Source: Candidatus Saccharimonadota bacterium
Lineage (GTDB): Bacteria; Patescibacteriota; Gracilibacteria; UBA1369; 2-02-FULL-48-14
DNA: 32,000 bases
Direction: 5' to 3'
NCBI GenBank assembly: GCA_016699145.1
Contig: CP064962.1
Location: 570,001 to 602,000, forward strand
Shown here: positions 24,926 through 32,000 of the stretch, one piece after another
Layout: every line of letters begins with the position of its first letter
Numbering within the stretch: the stretch's first letter is position 1
Notes under the pieces: generated by a model
Databases searched by the model: none
What the model saw: the letters and a program-made list of their open reading frames with translations, nothing else
What the model was told of the DNA's origin: nothing
Position numbers and translations under genes: made by a program

Positions 24926-25336
24926 ATGACTGAAGCAACGACCTTTTCCGGAACTTATTTCTACGCCAATGGAAAGCGTAAAACCGCTGTGGCTCGCGTT
25001 CGCCTCTACAAAGGGAACGGTCGCGTCGTAGTGAATGGCCAGGATGCACGCGAATACTTCACGACTGAAGAAATGGTCAATGTGTTCATGGCCCCTCTCG
25101 CATTGGTGCACATGGAAAAACAATTCGACATCTCTGCTATGGTTCAAGGTGGAGGCATACAAGGACAAGCCGAAGCCCTTCGTCACGGAATTGCAATGGC
25201 TCTCTTGGAATTCGATTCCAGCCTGCGCTCCCTTTTAAAACCAGAAGGCTACCTCACTCGAGACAGCCGTGCCAAAGAACGCAAAAAGCCCGGTCTACAC
25301 CGTGCTCGCCGCGCTCCTCAATTCAGCAAACGTTAA
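24926..25336 (+). CDS. rpsI: 30S ribosomal protein S9 (uS9)
   Basis: GKRKTAVARVRLYKGNGRVVVNG...GGGIQGQAEALRHGIAMAL...RDSRAKERKKPGLHRARRAPQFSKR. Confidence 0.96.
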   Translation: MTEATTFSGTYFYANGKRKTAVARVRLYKGNGRVVVNGQDAREYFTTEEMVNVFMAPLALVHMEKQFDISAMVQGGGIQGQAEALRHGIAMALLEFDSSLRSLLKPEGYLTRDSRAKERKKPGLHRARRAPQFSKR

Positions 25337-25358
25337 TCATCTCATCAATTCAAGACTC

Positions 25359-25382
25359 AAAACCGGCTTTGGCCGGTTTTTT
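25359..25382 (+). terminator. rho-independent terminator after rplM-rpsI
   Basis: AAAACCGGC-TTTG-GCCGGTTTT followed by further T residues (T-run 25377-25382). Confidence 0.75.
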
Positions 25383-25419
25383 GGTTCCCGACTCTTAAGA
25401 AACCCGTTAAAATACATCC

Positions 25420-26103
25420 ATGCGCTTCGACATCCTCACTCTCTTCCCCAAACTTGTGCAGCCTTATTTTGAGGACTCCATTTTAAAACGCGCGATTGAA
25501 GCGGGTCACATCACTGTGGCGGTGCACAACATTCGCGATTACAGCAAAGAACGTCATCACAAAGTGGACGATACCCCATACGGCGGAGGCAGCGGCATGC
25601 TCATGGCCTGCCAACCTCTTTACGATGCCATCAAAGCCATAAAAAAACTCAATACAGGACCAGTGCTCTACATGAGTCCTGTTGGACAACGCTTCACACA
25701 AAAAAAGGCCTTAGAACTTGCAGAAAGTGGCCTCGCGGCACGCAAAAATTCCAAGAAAGGACTCATCCTGCTCTGCGGGCGCTACGAAGGCATTGATGAG
25801 CGCATCATCGAATTGCTAGTGGATGAAGAAATTTCCATCGGTGACTTCGTGCTGACCGGGGGTGAGCTGCCCGCCCTGACCATTGTAGATGCTGTAGCCC
25901 GACTGCTCCCGGGCGTGCTCGGCGATGAACAAAGCGCTCACGAAGAATCTTTCAGCGACGCCCTAGAAGGCATGTTGGAATACCCCCACTACACCAAACC
26001 CGAGTCCTTCAAAGGTAAAAAAGTCCCCCCTGTACTGCTCTCGGGCAACCATGCCGAAATCGCAAAATGGCGCAGAGCTCATAGGCGCCATCCTCATTCT
26101 TAA
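25420..26103 (+). CDS. trmD: tRNA (guanine37-N1)-methyltransferase
   Basis: [10 protein letters not shown]....PYFE.SILKRA...V.NIRDY...[17 protein letters not shown]...[12 protein letters not shown]...[16 protein letters not shown]. Confidence 0.95.
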   Translation: MRFDILTLFPKLVQPYFEDSILKRAIEAGHITVAVHNIRDYSKERHHKVDDTPYGGGSGMLMACQPLYDAIKAIKKLNTGPVLYMSPVGQRFTQKKALELAESGLAARKNSKKGLILLCGRYEGIDERIIELLVDEEISIGDFVLTGGELPALTIVDAVARLLPGVLGDEQSAHEESFSDALEGMLEYPHYTKPESFKGKKVPPVLLSGNHAEIAKWRRAHRRHPHS

Positions 26104-26114
26104 ATTCACGCCGA

Positions 26115-27722
26115 ATGAATCCTTTGTACACCCTCGCCACCCCCGCTGTATTTAAAGAAGTGAAAAGCAGTCTGAGCGGCCTCACAAGCAAAGAGGCACA
26201 AAAAAGACTGGCGGAATTCGGTCCGAATCGCATTGAAAAAAAAGGCGGAAAAGGGCCTTTAAAAATCTTCCTCAGCCAGTTTTGGAACCTGATGGTACTC
26301 ATCCTGATGGTGGGAGTGAGCATCAGCAGTTTTTTAGGAGAATGGATCGATGCAATCGCCATCCTTATGGTCATCGTGCTCAATGCCGTGATTGGTTTTT
26401 TACAAGAATACAAAGCCGAAAAAGCCATTGAAGCTTTGAGGAAAATGACCGCCGCTTACGCCCTTGCCTTGCGAGACGGAAGCATACAAAAAGTGCCTGC
26501 GGAACAATTGGTCCCCGGCGACATCGTCATTCTAGAAGAAGGCACCCAAGTGCCGACCGACGGCAAACTTTTAGAGGTGGAAGGGATGAAGACCATTGAA
26601 GCCAGCCTGACCGGAGAAAGCAATGCCGTGGAAAAAAGCTTAAAAATGCCAAAAAAGGCCGAGAGTTTAGGGGATTTATGTCACATGGCATTCATGGGCA
26701 CGGTGATCAGCCAAGGTCATGGACGAATGGTGGTGCTGCAAACCGGCATGAAAACAGAATTCGGACAAATCGCTCAAATGGTCCAAGAGCAAAAAGACGA
26801 AGCCACTCCTCTGCAAAAGAAAATCACCCAACTCATTCAAACCCTAAGTCTTTTGACACTCGGTGTCATGGGAGTGGTTTTTCTGCTGGCGGTATTGCAA
26901 GGAAAGAGCATGAGTGAAGTTTTACTGCTCTGCATCAGTTTGGCCGTGAGCGTGATCCCCGAAGGCCTGCCCACCATCATCACTCTCACTTTGGCGCTGG
27001 GAGTTCAAAAATTGGCCAAAGAAAACGCGGTGGTGCGACGTCTTTCCGCGGCAGAAACTTTGGGAAGCACCGACATCATTTGCACCGACAAAACCGGCAC
27101 TCTGACGCAGAACCAAATGACCGTCGAAGCCCTTTACATAAACGGCTATTGGAAGGACATCCAAGGGAACGGCTACGCCCCCGAGCCCCAATTCAAACCT
27201 GGCTCCCAAGAAGAGACCCTGCTCCTACAAATTGGCGGACTCTGCAACAACGCCACTCTTTTTAAAAGCAAAAACCTTTGGAACATCACCGGCGATCCCA
27301 CAGAAGGCGCCCTGCTGACCTTAGCAGAAAAAGGAGGACTGGATTTAGAAACCTTGCAAAAAAAATGGCCGCGAAAAAAAGAATTGGTTTTTGATTCTTT
27401 TCGTAAACGCATGTCCACTTTGAACCAAAGCACTTTGTTCACTAAAGGAGCTCCGGACAGTGTGTTGGAAACCTGTACCCACCTTTTGGAACGAGGCAAA
27501 GAAGTGCCCCTCACACCTGCTCTTAAAAAATCCATCCTCAAAGAAATAGAACAAAAATCTTCGGAGGCGTATCGCCTTTTGGGAATGGCTTATGGAAAAC
27601 ACAAAAAAATCCCGAAGAAAAAAATCTGGTTTTTGTGGGCTTGGTGGCACTCATGGATCCGCCGCGTGAAGAAGCTAAAAAAGCCATCGAAATTTGCAAA
27701 GAAGCTCAAATTGAAGTGCTGA
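26115..27722 (+). CDS. P2-type cation (Ca2+-type) transporting ATPase, N-terminal fragment. The authentic sequence ends near 27609; the remainder is an out-of-frame tail.
   Basis: TGES (SLTGESNAVEK), PEGLP (VIPEGLPTIITL) and the phosphorylation site ICTDKTGTLTQN. The final ~37 aa (IPKKKIWFLWAWWHSW...) look like frameshifted nonsense. Confidence 0.85.
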   Translation: MNPLYTLATPAVFKEVKSSLSGLTSKEAQKRLAEFGPNRIEKKGGKGPLKIFLSQFWNLMVLILMVGVSISSFLGEWIDAIAILMVIVLNAVIGFLQEYKAEKAIEALRKMTAAYALALRDGSIQKVPAEQLVPGDIVILEEGTQVPTDGKLLEVEGMKTIEASLTGESNAVEKSLKMPKKAESLGDLCHMAFMGTVISQGHGRMVVLQTGMKTEFGQIAQMVQEQKDEATPLQKKITQLIQTLSLLTLGVMGVVFLLAVLQGKSMSEVLLLCISLAVSVIPEGLPTIITLTLALGVQKLAKENAVVRRLSAAETLGSTDIICTDKTGTLTQNQMTVEALYINGYWKDIQGNGYAPEPQFKPGSQEETLLLQIGGLCNNATLFKSKNLWNITGDPTEGALLTLAEKGGLDLETLQKKWPRKKELVFDSFRKRMSTLNQSTLFTKGAPDSVLETCTHLLERGKEVPLTPALKKSILKEIEQKSSEAYRLLGMAYGKHKKIPKKKIWFLWAWWHSWIRRVKKLKKPSKFAKKLKLKC

Positions 27723-28726
27723 TGATCACCGGCGACCACGCCCTAACGGCCATCGCCATTGGACAAAAATTGGGCCTAAATTCAAAACACGCCCTCACGG
27801 GAGCTGAGATCGAAAAAATGAAAGATCACGAATTGACGGCGGCACTCAAAACGACTCGCATCTTCGCTCGGGTGAGTCCGCAACATAAGGTTCGAATCCT
27901 AGAACTTTTGCAAAAAAAAGGCCACATCGTGGCCATGACGGGGGATGGGGTCAACGACGCCCCCGCCTTGAAAAAAGCAGACATAGGAATCGCCATGGGC
28001 ATCACGGGAACAGACGTGTCCAAAGAAGCCAGCGACATGGTGCTCATGGATGATAATTTCAGCACCATCGTGAGCAGCGTAAGCCGCGGACGAACCATTT
28101 ATTCAAATGTCAAAAAATTTGTACGTTTTGTACTCAGCGCCAATTTTGGGGAAATCACCGTGGTGAGCGCCATTTTCATCATGGGGGGCCCTATTCCTTT
28201 CTTGCCTTTGCAAATTTTATGGGTGAATCTGCTCACGGACTCTCTTCCGGCTCTAGCTCTGGGGGTGGATGAAGGAGAAGCGGGCCTCATGAAAAAAGCT
28301 CCTCGTAAAATGAATGAAAACATTTTAAAAGACCTCATTGGAGTCGGTCTATTGGCCGGACTCATCTGCGCCGGGGTCAGTTTGGTGCTGTATGGTTTTT
28401 ACAAAGAAAGCAGCACTTTGCCTCACCTGCGCACCGTACTGTTGTGCACCATCGTGGTCTTTGAAATGCTGCTGGTGTTTTCGGTGCGCTCAGAAAACAA
28501 ACATTATTTTCACCATTTTTTCCAAAATCCTTACCTTTTGCTGGGAGTGGGCAGCAGTGTGCTTTTGCAAATCGCTGCTGTCTACTTTGTGCCCCTACAG
28601 AAGCTGCTGGGCACGGCGGCTCTCAGCACCCACGACTGGATACGCATTGTGATCGCCTGCGCCGCAGGCGTAGCCCTTTTGGAAATCTGGAAATTTTTTA
28701 AAAATCTTGCTCATGGGCTTCGCTAA
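27635..28726 (+). CDS. P2-type cation transporting ATPase, C-terminal fragment (-1 frame relative to the N-terminal fragment)
   Basis: GLVALMDPPREE, MITGDH, TGDGVNDAPALKKADIGIAMG and the C-terminal TM helices. The frame is open upstream through ...NPEEKNLVFVG. Confidence 0.85.
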   Translation: MGLVALMDPPREEAKKAIEICKEAQIEVLMITGDHALTAIAIGQKLGLNSKHALTGAEIEKMKDHELTAALKTTRIFARVSPQHKVRILELLQKKGHIVAMTGDGVNDAPALKKADIGIAMGITGTDVSKEASDMVLMDDNFSTIVSSVSRGRTIYSNVKKFVRFVLSANFGEITVVSAIFIMGGPIPFLPLQILWVNLLTDSLPALALGVDEGEAGLMKKAPRKMNENILKDLIGVGLLAGLICAGVSLVLYGFYKESSTLPHLRTVLLCTIVVFEMLLVFSVRSENKHYFHHFFQNPYLLLGVGSSVLLQIAAVYFVPLQKLLGTAALSTHDWIRIVIACAAGVALLEIWKFFKNLAHGLR

Positions 28727-29516
28727 AAAATCGCTGGGACAAAATTTCCTGCACGACGAAAGTGTGCTGCAGGACATCCTAAAAGCCAGTGACTTATCGC
28801 CCACCGATCGAGTTTTAGAAATCGGCCCGGGACAAGGTTTTCTAACCCGTGCCCTAATCGAAAAAGCCGGCCACGTGACCGCCCTTGAGCTTGACGGCGA
28901 TTTGATCCCTTGGCTAAAAATGGACTTTGGAAAAGCCAAAAACTTTGACCTCATCCACACCGATGCACTCAAATATCAGCCCGCCTCCGGGCCCTATAAG
29001 CTAGTGGCAAACATCCCGTATTACATCACTTCGCCCATTCTGAATCACTTTTTATTGGAGCAATTCCGAAGCGGAAACCCACCCACACGCATGGTGCTGA
29101 TGGTGCAACGCGAAGTCGCCGAAAAAATCGTGGCCAAAGATAAAAAATACTCTCTGCTCTCTTTGGAAGTGCAGCTTTTTGGCAAAGCCGAGCTGGTGCG
29201 CATTGTGCCACCGACAGCATTTAAACCTCGACCCAAAGTGGACTCCGCTGTGCTCAAAATAGACATTTACGACAAGCCCCTACTGGAGGGCAATTTGAAA
29301 CAAATTTTTTGGCTTTTCAAAGTGAGTTTTGCACAAAAACGAAAAAAACTGTCCAACAATTTGCGCAGTGCCTTAAAAATGAACGGCATGGAGGTCAAAA
29401 ATCTGCTGCATCATGCAGGCCTTCCAGAAGATTTGCGCGCCGAAGATTTAAACTGGGAACAATGGCAAAAACTCTTCAACGCACTCGGTTCACATCTTCC
29501 TTCATTCGCAAAGTAG
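28713..29516 (+). CDS. rsmA: 16S rRNA (adenine1518/1519-N6)-dimethyltransferase
   Basis: KKSLGQNFLHDESVL..I......PTDRVLEIGPGQGFLTRAL......VTALELD..L and NIPYYITSPIL. ATG 28713 overlaps the ATPase 3' end. Confidence 0.93.
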   Translation: MGFAKKSLGQNFLHDESVLQDILKASDLSPTDRVLEIGPGQGFLTRALIEKAGHVTALELDGDLIPWLKMDFGKAKNFDLIHTDALKYQPASGPYKLVANIPYYITSPILNHFLLEQFRSGNPPTRMVLMVQREVAEKIVAKDKKYSLLSLEVQLFGKAELVRIVPPTAFKPRPKVDSAVLKIDIYDKPLLEGNLKQIFWLFKVSFAQKRKKLSNNLRSALKMNGMEVKNLLHHAGLPEDLRAEDLNWEQWQKLFNALGSHLPSFAK

Positions 29517-30393
29517 CCGTGCGAGCCGCCTCCGCAAAATTTTCACCATTGGCGAGCCCCCCCTCAGCAAAGGCATAAATAATGCCACGAGCGTTCACGA
29601 TCAAAGCCCCTAAACCATCGTTATTGAAACAAGGAGCGATGTCTTGCGCCGTTCCCCCTTGAGCGCCGTAACCCGGCACTAAAAAGAAATTGCGGGGCAT
29701 AATGGCACGCAGTTTTTCTGCTTGAACGGGATGTGTAGCACCAACAACAGCTCCCACACTGCTATAGCCTTCTTCCCCTTCCAAATCACTGCCCCACGAC
29801 TCGACAAAATGCCCCATGAGTTCCGCCATGGACATGTTTTCATCAGCCGTAACTCGATCTTGAACGTCTCCGGAAGATGGATTGGAGGTGCGCACCAAAA
29901 CAAAAATACCCTTGCCCTTGGCACAAGAGCCCAAGAAAGGGCTGATGCCATCAAAGCCCAAATAGCCATTCACCGTGAGGGCATCCACATGCGTCTCACG
30001 CGTTTCACCCAAAATTTCGCCTCCAAAAAAAGCCCGCGCATAGGCCTCTGCCGTAGACCCGATGTCGTTGCGCTTGCCATCGGCAATGACCAAAAGTCCT
30101 GGCGCTTGAGCATAGCGACAGGTCTCTTCAAAAGCCCGAATGCCATGGAATCCCAATTCTTCATAAAAAGCCAGTTGCGGTTTCACGGCCGGCACCAAAT
30201 CTTTCACGGCATCGATGATCCCTTTGTTGAAAGCAAGATACGCCTCCGCCGCTGCCTCCACAGTTTGACCATGTTCCTCTACAGCCCGTTTGAGCAAAAA
30301 AGCAGGCAACTTGGAAACTTGCGGATCCAGCCCCACACAAAGCGCACTTTCTTTAGCCTTGATGGATCGAACGAGAGCGTCAGCAAAGTGCAT
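29476..30393 (-). CDS. pyrF: orotidine 5'-phosphate decarboxylase, type 2 (long form)
   Basis: LCVGLDPQ, VKPQLAFYEELG, IADGKRNDIGSTAEAYA and LVPGYGAQGG motifs. Confidence 0.88.
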   Translation of the reverse strand: MHFADALVRSIKAKESALCVGLDPQVSKLPAFLLKRAVEEHGQTVEAAAEAYLAFNKGIIDAVKDLVPAVKPQLAFYEELGFHGIRAFEETCRYAQAPGLLVIADGKRNDIGSTAEAYARAFFGGEILGETRETHVDALTVNGYLGFDGISPFLGSCAKGKGIFVLVRTSNPSSGDVQDRVTADENMSMAELMGHFVESWGSDLEGEEGYSSVGAVVGATHPVQAEKLRAIMPRNFFLVPGYGAQGGTAQDIAPCFNNDGLGALIVNARGIIYAFAEGGLANGENFAEAARTATLRMKEDVNRVR

Positions 30394-30430
30394 AAGCAGG
30401 GTTAGTCCCAGAATTTATAGCACAAAACCC

Positions 30431-30703
30431 TTAAAAACGAATAGTGATTTCCTGGACGGAGGGATCTTCACTAAAAGGAGGCACTGACAAAGCTTGACCA
30501 TTCAAGGTCAAACCCTGAACCGGAATAAATCCTTTGTAGAAACCATTTCTAAAAAGCTCCTGCTCAATGTTTTTGAGTAAAGCAGGGTCATCTCCAAAAG
30601 GTTTTCCACCAGACAATTGCAATTCAGAAAAATCGCCCTTCAATTCAATGCGTACATAAGCATAATAAGGCTGCATACCAAGCTCAACTTCATGAAAAGC
30701 CAA
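30431..30703 (-). CDS. hypothetical protein, or the C-terminal part of the upstream ORF after a -1 shift
   Basis: 90-aa ORF with only a TTG start. It overlaps the upstream ORF by 64 nt, and its frame is open back to about 30736. Confidence 0.4.
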   Translation of the reverse strand: MAFHEVELGMQPYYAYVRIELKGDFSELQLSGGKPFGDDPALLKNIEQELFRNGFYKGFIPVQGLTLNGQALSVPPFSEDPSVQEITIRF

Positions 30704-31107
30704 GCATAAGACGCAGATAAGCCCTTCAATTGTTCTCTAGCTTTCACTTCTTGTTCCCATTTTTGAGCAAGCTGCTGATTCGCTTCATCTCCTCGATAAA
30801 AATCGACCAAAGCCTGTGCAATCAGAATACCAGCTTTATAAACTTCTTCGTTCTGCAAAACTGAAGCAGAAGTTAAATTTTTATAGATTTCATTCAACGC
30901 CACAAAAGCATTCAATGGATTGGCTTCCTCCTTCATTTCATTAAGATCTTTTTGCAACTCAAGCCCGCGTTCATACTGCTCATTGATGTCGGTGGGCAAC
31001 GTCAAACCCGCTTGATCAATCTCAGCAAGCAAAGCCTCATAGGCAAGAAGCCTACGTTCAATATAAACGGAATAATCCTTGCTGTCTTTGCCTTTTTCCA
31101 CAGGCAT
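30640..31107 (-). CDS. hypothetical, predominantly helical protein
   Basis: 155-aa ORF. The last ~15 aa (FMKLSLVCSLIMLMYALN) may be an out-of-frame tail. No recognisable family. Confidence 0.45.
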   Translation of the reverse strand: MPVEKGKDSKDYSVYIERRLLAYEALLAEIDQAGLTLPTDINEQYERGLELQKDLNEMKEEANPLNAFVALNEIYKNLTSASVLQNEEVYKAGILIAQALVDFYRGDEANQQLAQKWEQEVKAREQLKGLSASYAWLFMKLSLVCSLIMLMYALN

Positions 31108-31140
31108 TTCATAAGCCGCTTGAGCCCCCTTCAGATGATC

Positions 31141-31977
31141 CTAATAGGGAAGCATCACTCCCGAAGAAGATAGATTTTGATACGCTCGATCTGCACTAGG
31201 CCATGCCTTCATAGAAACTGCTTCTAAAAATTCTTTTTTTCTAGCGTCATAGTATCCTCTCTCTTGTCCAGACAAATCATCCAAAGGACGCAAAGAATTC
31301 ATAGGGACAAAGACAGGTTCGCCCGATTCAATGTCAATATTCTCCGTCACAGAATGAGATGCCGGCTCAAGAGTTTGCTCATGTCCAGACAAGTGCCTTT
31401 CCACTGTCCAACCCGCTCCACAGTGGACTCCCGCATAAGCAGGGTGGAAATAAAGACCTTGATGCAGCTCAGCTTCAACAGAACATGCAAGAATGACAGG
31501 TTTTAACTTGCCACCCTCAAAGGGATGAAATTGGAAATCCACAGATACATGCGGAATAGGATGCAATTCATGGCCTGTTTCAGATGACTCATGTCCAAGT
31601 TCCAATTCCAAAGCCGGCCCCACTCCAAAATCTATACTGCCCTTTCCCCCCACACGCCCACCTTCAAGTTCACCATCAACAGTCAGAGATGCTAGGTCAT
31701 GATTCCAATACCCGGCAGTGGACACCCCTAAAGACAATCCATTAGAAAACACGGCAGTACCTCCCAAATGTGGACCAAAAGAAAGAGGAGACCCTCCACG
31801 CACTCGAGCCGTACCTGGATCTAAAGTATAAGGCCCGCCCAAAACAGCCATCTCTCCCTCTAGAGCCACTTCCCGAGCCTGCTGCGCTGTATCATGAGTC
31901 ACGCCATCCACTGGAGTCACCTCCCCTGCCTCAACAGGTCCAGCAGCAAGAGCCCCTAAAAGTAGAGCAGGAGCCAA
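31141..31977 (-). CDS. hypothetical secreted Gly/His-rich protein, possibly 5' partial
   Basis: The N-terminus resembles the end of a signal peptide (LAPALLLGALAAGPVEAGE). Only a TTG start lies inside the window, and the frame stays open to nt 32000. No recognisable family. Confidence 0.45.
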   Translation of the reverse strand: MAPALLLGALAAGPVEAGEVTPVDGVTHDTAQQAREVALEGEMAVLGGPYTLDPGTARVRGGSPLSFGPHLGGTAVFSNGLSLGVSTAGYWNHDLASLTVDGELEGGRVGGKGSIDFGVGPALELELGHESSETGHELHPIPHVSVDFQFHPFEGGKLKPVILACSVEAELHQGLYFHPAYAGVHCGAGWTVERHLSGHEQTLEPASHSVTENIDIESGEPVFVPMNSLRPLDDLSGQERGYYDARKKEFLEAVSMKAWPSADRAYQNLSSSGVMLPY

Positions 31978-32000
31978 ACGGGGACTGAAAGACGTTGAGG

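Noticed and set aside
25408-25420. Leaderless trmD mRNA: TAAAAT ends 6 nt before the ATG.
   Set aside because: I found no acceptable -35 or extended -10 element at the right spacing. The -10-like hexamer alone is expected by chance in an A/T-rich spacer.
1-32000. Alternative genetic code (UGA or UAG reassignment, as in some CPR lineages).
   Set aside because: TAA, TAG (rplC) and TGA (infA, rpoA, the Cys-rich gene) all terminate conserved proteins at the expected C-termini, and no conserved gene contains an in-frame stop.
1-32000. Search for tRNA, rRNA, CRISPR arrays, and IS or transposase, integrase or phage genes flanking the two insertions.
   Set aside because: I saw no T-loop or anticodon-arm-like structures, no repeat-spacer periodicity, no terminal inverted repeats and no recombinase-like ORFs. 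The insertions therefore cannot be called mobile elements from this window.

Overview
This window is almost entirely the ribosomal-protein superoperon (S10-spc-alpha) of a bacterium that uses the standard genetic code. The + strand carries rpsJ, rplCDWB, rpsS, rplV, rpsC, rplP, rpmC, rpsQ, rplNXE, rpsNH, rplFR, rpsE, rplO, secY, adk, map, infA, rpmJ, rpsMKD, rpoA and rplQ. These are followed by rplM-rpsI, trmD, a P2-type cation ATPase, rsmA and a convergent pyrF. The left flank carries an SRPBCC gene and a tightly overlapping CPBP protease / HAD phosphatase / UbiA-family (DPPR-synthase-like) cassette. The right flank carries a minus-strand cluster of unknown secreted or helical proteins. L30 is absent, no Shine-Dalgarno motifs are visible, several translation proteins carry low-complexity tails, and TrmB- and LCP-type accessory genes are present. 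Together these fit a CPR/Patescibacteria-like organism, but that is inference only. I found no rRNA, tRNA, CRISPR array or recognisable mobile element. The operon is interrupted twice: by a membrane-anchored orphan ORF between rpsJ and rplC, followed by a new sigma70-like promoter, and by a 5.3-kb island between map and infA. The island encodes a lipoprotein, a TrmB regulator divergent from a 525-aa, 32-cysteine internally duplicated zinc-ribbon protein, and a membrane-anchored LCP protein. Three genes (LCP, rpsK N-terminus, ATPase) are split at poly(A) tracts, and each is restored by adding one A. An intrinsic-terminator-like hairpin sits 14 nt upstream of rpsJ, inside its own leader. Product calls rest on motif recognition from the supplied translations; no database search was run.
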